Part shown: one piece after another, positions 56,948-64,000 of the stretch
Layout of the letters: every line of letters starts with the position of its first letter
Position numbering within the stretch: the first letter of the stretch is position 1
From: a virus
Length of the DNA stretch: 64,000 bases
Virus record (IMG/VR): IMGVR_UViG_3300007609_001486
Span: 18,511 to 82,510 of that record
Reading direction: 5' to 3' (one strand)
Translations under genes and position numbers: made by a program
The notes under the pieces: model-generated
What the model saw: the letters and a program-made list of their open reading frames with translations, nothing else
What the model was told of the DNA's origin: nothing
The model's database searches: none

Positions 56948-58135
56948 CCAAGTATCGACCGTGCCTGTGTCTACAGGAGTAATTCCAGTTTCCCCTGTAA
57001 ATGCAAGGTTCACAATGTTTCCACTAGAGTCTGTAATTTGGGTGTTACCATCCTGTGTATAAAGTGCGTCTGTCTTAACTTCCGGTGAATTCACAGATAC
57101 CGGAGAATTGAATGACCCATCTGCTAGAGCTGTAAATTCTTGAAACTCTGTGCCATTAGTTTCCGGCTTCGGAATTATAAACCCAGCACCTCCCTCTAAC
57201 TCACCCGAATTACCATTTATACCAGAAATAAACGTCCCTACTGCTCCTACACCTTGGTAGGATGTTCCGTCATATGCTTCTGCTATTAGTGCAGTCGTTT
57301 GATCGCCGATTTGTAAAGTTTCTTTCTCGCCACCAGCACCTTCTCTTGCGGAAAATACTCGGATTACTGGAGCGGTGCCTAGCGTGTTGAGAAATCCGTT
57401 AATGTGTAGTCCGTCTCCTTTGCCCGAAAATACTCGCAAACTTGTTGTAGCACCACCTTCCTCGCCAAAATTTATTGGACTCTCTAAATCTGCATCATTA
57501 GGTAAGTCACTTACAACTTTGCCAATAATAAAATCTTTTGTAGTACTGTTGAATATTACTGTAGAGTCTTCGGCAATCAATGAGCCTTGAACGTCGCCCT
57601 CAAGAAGCCCTGTTATAGTACCTGTGGCAATTATGTCTCTGGAAATTATATCTTTGGTCAAAGAATTTACCAAAATAGTAGAGTCATTTGATACTAAATT
57701 GCCATTTACGTCACCGAATACGTTAGTACCGTAGATATTGTTCCAGCGTAGAGTATCGGAACCTATGTTATATAATTCATTTGTTGAAGGCGTAACATTA
57801 GAATTTATTAATCCAGTTAAATTAAGTGAATCTTCCGTGCTATCACCAAGGTTGATGTTGCCGGTTGCTGTGATAGTGCCGTCTATGTTTATGTTCCCCG
57901 TACCTACAATATTATTTGCATTTAAATCTAGATCGCCGCCTAGTTGGGGCGTAGTGTCACTAATTACATCAACTAGGCCGCCGCCTGAGCTTTCACTGGT
58001 AACTTCAATTCCACCTGTGGTAGTACCGTCACCTATGTATAGTTTTTTGGTATCAGTTGTGTAAATGGGCTCCCCAACGGCTGGGGTTATAGATAAACGT
58101 TCTGCATCTGTACCACGTCTTAGTCGCAAAGGCAT
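56897..58135 (-). CDS. Tail fibre-like protein with Mtd-N/hyaluronidase-like N-terminal domain
   Basis: MPLRLRRGT..ER...TPAVGEPIYTTDTKKLYIGDG and 'DTTPQLGGDLDLN' fibre motif. Confidence 0.7.
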   Translation of the reverse strand: MPLRLRRGTDAERLSITPAVGEPIYTTDTKKLYIGDGTTTGGIEVTSESSGGGLVDVISDTTPQLGGDLDLNANNIVGTGNINIDGTITATGNINLGDSTEDSLNLTGLINSNVTPSTNELYNIGSDTLRWNNIYGTNVFGDVNGNLVSNDSTILVNSLTKDIISRDIIATGTITGLLEGDVQGSLIAEDSTVIFNSTTKDFIIGKVVSDLPNDADLESPINFGEEGGATTSLRVFSGKGDGLHINGFLNTLGTAPVIRVFSAREGAGGEKETLQIGDQTTALIAEAYDGTSYQGVGAVGTFISGINGNSGELEGGAGFIIPKPETNGTEFQEFTALADGSFNSPVSVNSPEVKTDALYTQDGNTQITDSSGNIVNLAFTGETGITPVDTGTVDTWLEVSVNGTTKYIPLYA

Positions 58136-58162
58136 TATAAACTCCTACAATATTAATACTTG

Positions 58163-58170
58163 TATTTATA
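58163..58170 (-). promoter_or_regulatory. T4-late-type promoter TATAAATA
   Basis: Perfect consensus 27 nt before the 58135 start, with an AGGAG SD. Confidence 0.7.
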
Positions 58171-58172
58171 CC

Positions 58173-58490
58173 TTATTTGAGTTTTTTCATAAACGATTTT
58201 GTGCGTTTTTGAATATCGTGTTTGACTTTGGGTGTGTCTATGCTGAAGTCTATGCTTTTTATGTGGGTGTCGTAGTCTGAAAAGAATTCTTCCAAAGATT
58301 CCTCTAGAGAAGCTGTGTCTTTGTACTTGTTTCGCTCTTTTCTTACGTCAATCGTGAACAGTTTTCCACTGTGAAAGAACACGTGAATACTATTGATATA
58401 ATCGATTGGCACGGATTTGATTTCAATATCATCGAAAACTTCCGGCCAATGCTCGATTATTTCTGGTGGTAGTTTATTCTGCTTGCTCAC
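58173..58490 (-). CDS. Phage hypothetical protein
   Basis: About 105 aa, GTG start likely. Overlaps the upstream gene. Confidence 0.6.
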   Translation of the reverse strand: MSKQNKLPPEIIEHWPEVFDDIEIKSVPIDYINSIHVFFHSGKLFTIDVRKERNKYKDTASLEESLEEFFSDYDTHIKSIDFSIDTPKVKHDIQKRTKSFMKKLK

Positions 58491-59079
58491 TCTTTGCTTT
58501 CTTTTTAATAGGAGCAAGTTCTTCCGCCTGCTCTCTCAGTCTCTTAGCCTCCTTGAACATAGCATCAGCTTGTGATCTATATTGTTTTGCCAAGTCCTCA
58601 TCCGTGAGCACACCGTCTGTTGACGCAGGTTGCGCTGTTTCGACAACTTCTTCCGGTGCGGTTTGCGCGGTATTAGGTTGTGTAGTTGCACCGTCTGCCA
58701 TTGCGAGATCTGCTACTGTAACACCCATCTGTTGGGCAATTAACTCGTTTAGTTCGTTAAGTGGCACAGATGTAGTGTTGTTAGGAAGCATTTCCACTTC
58801 ACTGGTAGCTTGTTTCATCATTTTTCCAGTAGTGTGGAAGGCCGCAAGCATATTACGACCATCTGGTAGTACAGATCGTGACAGTACCGGAGCAAGTTCA
58901 TTTGCTGACTGTGCCGCATGTGATTCAACCACATTCATCAGAGCATCGTGTTCGTCTGCTGAAAGGGTTTCTGTTGTTATCACAACACAGTTCTCAGGCT
59001 CGCCCGGTACTACGCGATAGGCAACAACCACACGTCTTTTACTCTTAATGAGTCTGCCGACATGCTTTATGTTTACCAT
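58474..59079 (-). CDS. Phage hypothetical protein
   Basis: 201 aa from MVNIKHVG, with an AAGGA SD. C-terminal coiled coil. Confidence 0.7.
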   Translation of the reverse strand: MVNIKHVGRLIKSKRRVVVAYRVVPGEPENCVVITTETLSADEHDALMNVVESHAAQSANELAPVLSRSVLPDGRNMLAAFHTTGKMMKQATSEVEMLPNNTTSVPLNELNELIAQQMGVTVADLAMADGATTQPNTAQTAPEEVVETAQPASTDGVLTDEDLAKQYRSQADAMFKEAKRLREQAEELAPIKKKAKSEQAE

Positions 59080-59083
59080 TGTC

Positions 59084-59416
59084 TTATCCTTGTGCTTGAG
59101 CTTGGTCCTGCTCTTGCGTTTGATTCTGTTGTGAAGCGGCAATCGCAGCCAAGAACTGCTCCAGCTTCGTGTAAGTTGCACCCACTGTGGTCATTTCGTT
59201 AGGACGGAATGCGCCACGCTGACTTGCAACGTCGATGATTACTTTAAGGGCCTGTAGATCTTGTACTGTTAGATCTGCAACACCAGCTTCTTCACCAGCT
59301 GTTGTAGCCTGTGCGTCTGCAACCTGCTCTTCTGCAGAGTTCTTCATTTGCTCTTCCATTGTGGTATCTCCAATTGTTGGTTCTTCAAAAGTGCTTTCCT
59401 GAGTTTGTTCTGTCAT
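59084..59416 (-). CDS. Phage hypothetical protein
   Basis: 110 aa with GAGGAG SD. Core 'LTVQDL...IIDVASQRGAF..NEM..VG..Y.KL..FL'. Confidence 0.75.
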   Translation of the reverse strand: MTEQTQESTFEEPTIGDTTMEEQMKNSAEEQVADAQATTAGEEAGVADLTVQDLQALKVIIDVASQRGAFRPNEMTTVGATYTKLEQFLAAIAASQQNQTQEQDQAQAQG

Positions 59417-59455
59417 TTAAAGTCTCCTCTGACATAATTAATTATCAACTTATAA

Positions 59456-59752
59456 TTAGTTGTATTTCAAATATGGACAAGCTAAAAGGAAGTAAGATAG
59501 CTCTTTGCTATCCTCAAAACCTATCCTTACACCTCTGGACACAGAATTATCTTTGTCCAGTTTCACTGATTGACCGATATAATATCGGCTTTTCAGATTC
59601 GTTTCTACCCATTTGATAATAGCATCTTTGATATTGTAATTATATTCTATGTTGCTGTATTCAAAATGTTCTGGCGGAAAACTAACTCTCCTCACGCCAA
59701 AAACATTGTATGGGTTTATATCAAATGATTCGTTAAGCGGCTGATTCTTCAT
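59456..59752 (-). CDS. Phage hypothetical protein
   Basis: 98 aa in the - strand operon. Confidence 0.65.
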   Translation of the reverse strand: MKNQPLNESFDINPYNVFGVRRVSFPPEHFEYSNIEYNYNIKDAIIKWVETNLKSRYYIGQSVKLDKDNSVSRGVRIGFEDSKELSYFLLACPYLKYN

Positions 59753-61052
59753 AGTGTGCTGTTAATCCAAATGGAGCCTGCATGTCCTTGTTGTGATGTC
59801 CATGCACAATAAAGATAGTGTCGCAGTAGTCTTCGTCTCCCCAGGAGTTCCATGGGTAACCGTCTGTAAACATAATAAACTTCTTGGGCTCAATGCCATT
59901 CTGCTTCATGTAATCCCAATTGCACATAAAGTCTGTGCCACCACCGCCTGTGATTTCGTAATCAAGCAAGTCTCGACCGTCGTCGGACGAAAAGTCATCT
60001 TCTCCGCTGACTTCTGTGTCAAAGCACCAAATCTTAATATTATAGTCTTTAAACTCGTCCATAATACCTTTTACCTCAGACAGAAAGTCCTTGAGCTGAG
60101 TGTCCATAATACTGCCACTGACATCAAGTCCGATAGCAACATCAATGCTTTCGTCAAAGTTTTGTCCTGGAATAATTGCGCCTGTGTGCATGGCTTTGCG
60201 GTTAGGGCGTTGGAATGTAAAATCATTCTTAAGTGTGCTTTGAATTTGCTGTCGAATGATCTCTCTCCAGCTCATCTTAGGCTCAGTGAGTTCTTTGATC
60301 ATGCGCTGTACATCGCTGGGCACGTTTCCTGCACCTGCCGCCTGTGCCGCTGAAATCATATTCTCCTTGATTTCGTCGCGAATCTTTTTCATTTCTTCTT
60401 TGCTGTACTTGGGACGCTTGCTTTCGCTACCGTTGCCTTCGGAGGATTCACCGTCGCCGTCCGCGTCATCTCCGTCACCGTCTTCCCAATCAACATGTTC
60501 GTCAAGCAGATTGCCCATTTGCTCCATCTGCTCGAGGAATTCTTCCATGTCTTCTTTGGCTTTATCAAACAGTTCGTCGTACACTTCCTCTGAAGTCCAA
60601 CCGTCATACTTAAAGTCTTGGAAACAATCCACTAACTTGGGTACTTCGCCAATGCGCTCACGCACCAGTGTGTTGTTTACACAATAGTCTGCGGCAATGT
60701 TATACAGCATGGGAACTCTGTCTTCGCGGCGCATAAGGTGGTCGTATACACAGTGTAGGATTTCATGCGCAATAACAAACTCAATCTCTTTGTTAGACAT
60801 TGCATTAAAGAACTGTGTGTTGTAGTACAGAAATCTACCATCAGTGGCCGCCGTAGGACACCAGTCGTCGCACGACGTAATCTGTAAACGTGTTGCCATG
60901 TTACCAAAGAACGGATGTCTCAGCAAAAGACCTACACGAGCTGTGATGACACGGTCTTTGACATCAACTCGCATCGCTGCAAGTTCTTCTTCTGTGATAT
61001 CTGGATCTGGTTGGAAACCTTTTGCTTTACTGGCGGTGTCTTTGATGCTCAT
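59733..61052 (-). CDS. VWA-domain protein with N-terminal zinc metallopeptidase motif (DUF2201-like)
   Basis: TAATDG, AHEILH (HExxH), acidic linker, MIDAS DVSGS, GGGGTDF and FTDG. Confidence 0.85.
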   Translation of the reverse strand: MSIKDTASKAKGFQPDPDITEEELAAMRVDVKDRVITARVGLLLRHPFFGNMATRLQITSCDDWCPTAATDGRFLYYNTQFFNAMSNKEIEFVIAHEILHCVYDHLMRREDRVPMLYNIAADYCVNNTLVRERIGEVPKLVDCFQDFKYDGWTSEEVYDELFDKAKEDMEEFLEQMEQMGNLLDEHVDWEDGDGDDADGDGESSEGNGSESKRPKYSKEEMKKIRDEIKENMISAAQAAGAGNVPSDVQRMIKELTEPKMSWREIIRQQIQSTLKNDFTFQRPNRKAMHTGAIIPGQNFDESIDVAIGLDVSGSIMDTQLKDFLSEVKGIMDEFKDYNIKIWCFDTEVSGEDDFSSDDGRDLLDYEITGGGGTDFMCNWDYMKQNGIEPKKFIMFTDGYPWNSWGDEDYCDTIFIVHGHHNKDMQAPFGLTAHYEESAA

Positions 61053-61079
61053 ACGTGCTCCGGTGCTTACTATTCATAT

Positions 61080-61108
61080 ATAGTAACAAAAGAAATGTTG
61101 TTTGTCAA
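61080..61108 (-). promoter_or_regulatory. Sigma70-type (early) promoter TTGACA-N17-TACTAT, extended -10
   Basis: Perfect -35 and TGT-TACTAT, upstream of the 61052 start. Confidence 0.7.
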
Positions 61109-61110
61109 GT

Positions 61111-61131
61111 CAAGGGACGCAGGGTCCCTTG
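61111..61131 (-). terminator. Hairpin CAAGGGAC-N5-GTCCCTTG right after the AAA ATPase stop
   Basis: 8-bp perfect stem, but no clear U-tract. Confidence 0.3.
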
Positions 61132-61133
61132 TG

Positions 61134-62219
61134 TTAGGACCCTTGTGCGGCTTTGATATACTTGCCATATCGCTCGTGGAATTCATCGAAGCAGTCTACA
61201 GCATCTGGATCAATAGGCAGGCTGTATTGTGTGAGCGCAAGTTTAATGCCCATAACTACCAGTTCAGTTTCAAAATTGTCCATCGCAAACCGCAGGAAGT
61301 GGTTGACTTTTTTGTCAAAGTCCTTGTCGTTTTTGTTGCAAGCGTCACGCAATTCATAGCACAAACTCACAGTAAGCGAATACATTGCGGAAATTTCTTT
61401 GGTCTTTAGCTCTTTGACCTTGCCCTTTAGGATATCTGTAGGATTAGGCAGTTGGCTTGCAATCTTGCGGTGCGCCATAAACTTCACAGCAACACCCTCT
61501 CCAACGGAGCCACTCACAAGATCTGTTGTGACTTCTTCGTCGACATCATCGTCCAGCAACTCGCTAACAAAACTCCACGAACGAGGCGTTGCGAACGAAC
61601 GACTGGAGCCTTTGGGATCAAATGTGTACAGGTCTTGCTTGGCAAATGTCAGATAACCAACAACATCTGAGTGAATGTTGTTTGCGGTTGCCCAGTGAGA
61701 CCAATCGTCAAAGTCCACTTCCATTTCCAAGTGAACAAAGCGGTTAGCCAACGGAGCAGGCATACGATATGTAACACCTTTGTCTGCTTCGCGGTTACCT
61801 GCCGCTACAATAAGAACGTTGTCTGGTAACTCGTAAGTACCAACCTTGCGGTTAAGAATAAGCTGATAAGCCGCCGCCTGTACAGCAGGAGCCGCTGAGT
61901 TCATCTCGTCCAGGAACAACACAATGTTGTCATACTGTGCCGCCATTTCTGCGCTTGGAAGTTCTGAAGGAGCACCCCACACCATCGTGCCGGAGTTGCT
62001 GTCAAAGTAGGGAATACCTTTTACGTCAGTGGGTTCCCACAAACTCAACCGAATATCAATGAGATAAGAGTTTGCAAGGCTGTTCGTGATCTGCTCTACA
62101 ATCTCACTCTTGCCAATGCCCGGAGGTCCCCAAAGAAAAATAGGACGCTTCTTGAGAATGGCGTGCTTGATTGAAGCTTTTGCCTTGTTAGGCGTTACTG
62201 TGCGAGTATTTTCTGACAT
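61134..62219 (-). CDS. MoxR-type AAA+ ATPase
   Basis: Walker A GPPGIGKS, Walker B LFLDEMN, AAGN, LANRF and TPRSW. Confidence 0.9.
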   Translation of the reverse strand: MSENTRTVTPNKAKASIKHAILKKRPIFLWGPPGIGKSEIVEQITNSLANSYLIDIRLSLWEPTDVKGIPYFDSNSGTMVWGAPSELPSAEMAAQYDNIVLFLDEMNSAAPAVQAAAYQLILNRKVGTYELPDNVLIVAAGNREADKGVTYRMPAPLANRFVHLEMEVDFDDWSHWATANNIHSDVVGYLTFAKQDLYTFDPKGSSRSFATPRSWSFVSELLDDDVDEEVTTDLVSGSVGEGVAVKFMAHRKIASQLPNPTDILKGKVKELKTKEISAMYSLTVSLCYELRDACNKNDKDFDKKVNHFLRFAMDNFETELVVMGIKLALTQYSLPIDPDAVDCFDEFHERYGKYIKAAQGS

Positions 62220-62251
62220 GTTGTACCCTTCTGTGTTGTCTATGTTCTACT

Positions 62252-62279
62252 ATAGTAACATCTACACAGACAGTGTCAA
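62252..62279 (-). promoter_or_regulatory. Sigma70-type (early) promoter TTGACA-N16-TACTAT, extended -10
   Basis: Same TGTTACTATA element as at 61080. Confidence 0.65.
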
Positions 62280-62665
62280 CCATTATCTTCCTGGTCTTGA
62301 CGCATTGCCTTTGTGAGTCCGTACTTGCGAAGATCTCCTGAGAACATTGTGAGCTCTACAGCTTTCTTTTCATCAGTTACGGTAATCCATTTGTTGGTGA
62401 GATAATAAGGACAGTCTATAAATTTATCAAGATAAATTATGATCTGTGTGGTGATAGGTATATCTGGAGGGTATGGAATATCATATGTTGCGATTTCCAG
62501 TTCCTCTAGCACCTTGTATCCTGCATCTGTGAGGCGCAAACCACCCTCATCTTTTTCTCTGGTGTTTTGCCACCAGACTGGAAGATATTCTTTTACGGTG
62601 ATATCGTTTGTGCTTTTACCTAATTGTTGCAGGAAGATTTTAGTATAGGTTTCTTTCCAGTTCAT
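62276..62665 (-). CDS. Phage hypothetical protein
   Basis: 129 aa. 'GGLRLT..G' and 'IDCPYYL'. Confidence 0.7.
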   Translation of the reverse strand: MNWKETYTKIFLQQLGKSTNDITVKEYLPVWWQNTREKDEGGLRLTDAGYKVLEELEIATYDIPYPPDIPITTQIIIYLDKFIDCPYYLTNKWITVTDEKKAVELTMFSGDLRKYGLTKAMRQDQEDNG

Positions 62666-62952
62666 TCTTCTTCAACGTACTGTCCGTCTACCAGTTTGTA
62701 CACCGCAAAGTCCTCACACTTGAACATGGTGTTGAGGCGATCTGCAAGATTGTGTGCGTGTCCTGGGTTAGAAAAAGAAGTCTTTTTGTATTTGGGACCA
62801 GGATAGTTTGTGAGCACGTTTGAGCTCTTTAGATTGAAGGGCTTGCCCTGATAGAACACAGCCCAGATAGCTTCCGCTTCAAGGATCTGTTCACATTTGT
62901 ATGTTTTATTATCCGTGTGTTCAAGCAACACGGTGGGCTTAGGCCTGCTCAT
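62662..62952 (-). CDS. Phage hypothetical protein
   Basis: 96 aa from MSRPKP, with an AAGGA SD and an upstream CTAAATA motif. Confidence 0.7.
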   Translation of the reverse strand: MSRPKPTVLLEHTDNKTYKCEQILEAEAIWAVFYQGKPFNLKSSNVLTNYPGPKYKKTSFSNPGHAHNLADRLNTMFKCEDFAVYKLVDGQYVEEE

Positions 62953-63007
62953 GGTGTGCAAATTTCCTTCATTATCCTGCACAGTATTTAGCATAATATC
63001 TTCGATT

Positions 63008-63250
63008 TTAGTCTTTGAAACCTGATCCGCCATCTATTTTTACCTCTATAACTTCCTCTGTTGTGCTGTTTTTTGTTAACAGCTTTTCTAGATCTCCATT
63101 TAATCTAGACATCACTAATCCTAATGTGTATGTAAGATTTTTTGCCTGTTGCATTGACAGTTTTATTTCCTTGGCATTGCTGGAGTCAGCCGCCTTGACC
63201 TGTTGTATAAACTGCTGTATTGGCATTGTGTTCAAGGGTTCATTTGACAT
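63008..63250 (-). CDS. Phage hypothetical protein
   Basis: 80 aa in operon. Confidence 0.65.
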   Translation of the reverse strand: MSNEPLNTMPIQQFIQQVKAADSSNAKEIKLSMQQAKNLTYTLGLVMSRLNGDLEKLLTKNSTTEEVIEVKIDGGSGFKD

Positions 63251-63707
63251 TCCACAATGCCTCTTTCATTTCCGACTCTGTCTTGAAGGGTCCTTTGGAA
63301 ACATATCGTTCAATGGTCAACAGCTTGGGACAAAAACTTTTCACCCATCCCTTGTCAAATTGAATGATGTAATATCCTGCACAGTACAAACTCTTGGATT
63401 TTGCCGACTTTGTAAACAATGGAAGATTTTTTTTGACATCAAACATTGTGTTGTGGGGAGTAACGCTTGTGGGGTAACCGTGCACTTCTTTTGACACACC
63501 GTTAGCACCGGCATCGCTCAGTGTAACACTTTTCTTTAGATCAATCCCCAAGAAGCGTTTCACTTGTTTTTTGTTGTCAAAGAATTTGGTCTGCGCAGAG
63601 TTTGAGAACACATACTTCTCATTGTCAAAAGCCAACGTACCGATGCGCTCCCCTTGATCTTCCACTATCCAAAATTTATCTTTCAATAATGCTTTTAGTT
63701 CTATCAT
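63240..63707 (-). CDS. Phage hypothetical protein
   Basis: 155 aa from MIELK, with ATGA overlap. Confidence 0.7.
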   Translation of the reverse strand: MIELKALLKDKFWIVEDQGERIGTLAFDNEKYVFSNSAQTKFFDNKKQVKRFLGIDLKKSVTLSDAGANGVSKEVHGYPTSVTPHNTMFDVKKNLPLFTKSAKSKSLYCAGYYIIQFDKGWVKSFCPKLLTIERYVSKGPFKTESEMKEALWNVK

Positions 63708-64000
63708 TTTATATACCTTGCATTTAAGGGTTCTGAAAAGCTCTGTGCTTGATCGGCAATGCGTTGCATGTCCCATTTTGCACAAAACTTCATTAGCCGC
63801 ATACCTACTTGGCTAATGTTTTTGGTCTCTACTGTATCGATTGTTTCGTTAATAATTGCCCTGATGTCTTCAGGTTGGGCGGTTAAATCACACAGGGTAA
63901 CATTTCTACTGTAATCATCCAGTACCCGATGTTCTTCTCCGTTATGGTCTACCCACCGTTGTAGCATTAGATTGTTCCAATTAAATCCTTTGCTGGACTT
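63704..64000 (-). CDS. C-terminus of T4 RNase H-like 5'-3' exonuclease (truncated by window edge)
   Basis: Frame is open to the edge. 'DYSRNVTLCDLTAQPEDIRAII' resembles the T4 RNase H/FEN C-terminal 'Y..N..LID...IP..I...I'. Confidence 0.55.
   Translation of the reverse strand, partial: KSSKGFNWNNLMLQRWVDHNGEEHRVLDDYSRNVTLCDLTAQPEDIRAIINETIDTVETKNISQVGMRLMKFCAKWDMQRIADQAQSFSEPLNARYIK

Noticed and set aside
56897-58135. Diversity-generating retroelement suggested by the Mtd-like N-terminus
   Set aside because: No reverse transcriptase, template/variable repeat pair or C-type lectin C-terminus visible in the window.
1-64000. CRISPR arrays, tRNA/rRNA genes, integrases, transposases, introns or inteins
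   Set aside because: Intergenic gaps are all about 80 nt or shorter and show no such repeats or folds. No matching protein motifs were seen. A covariance-model scan was not possible.
1-64000. Stop-codon reassignment or selenocysteine recoding
   Set aside because: Genes tile densely and intact in the standard code. The single break (23495) is a frame change, not an in-frame stop.

Overview
Gene-dense segment of a large tailed (myovirus/jumbo-type) phage genome, read in the standard code. Left (1-12.5 kb): a + strand operon of virion baseplate/tail-fibre genes. Middle (12.5-56.9 kb): an AT-rich island of about 44 kb made almost entirely of tailoring enzymes. It holds 16 radical SAM genes (13 within 17.5 kb, 6 with an N-terminal twitch domain, 2 cobalamin-binding, 1 with a Tes/GDGT-MAS-like rubredoxin N-terminus, 1 split at an A8 run), 8 Fe(II)/2OG-type oxygenases, 2 flavin-dependent halogenases, 3 glycosyltransferase-like genes, 2 methyltransferases, 2 SDRs, 2 SGNH proteins, an amidinotransferase, a class-III aminotransferase, a QueC-like ATPase, a SAM decarboxylase, a GNAT-like protein and 2 degenerate kinase-like proteins. 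Right (56.9-64 kb, - strand): another tail-fibre-like gene, phage hypotheticals, a MoxR AAA ATPase/VWA-metallopeptidase pair and the 3' end of a T4 RNase H-like exonuclease. A T4-late-like TATAAATA/ATAANTA motif sits 4-5 nt before seven enzyme start codons, which suggests late, leaderless expression. The best candidate for a new system is this late-expressed phage biosynthetic island flanked by tail-fibre genes, perhaps decorating virion proteins or glycans. All functional calls come from motif reading only; no searches were run.
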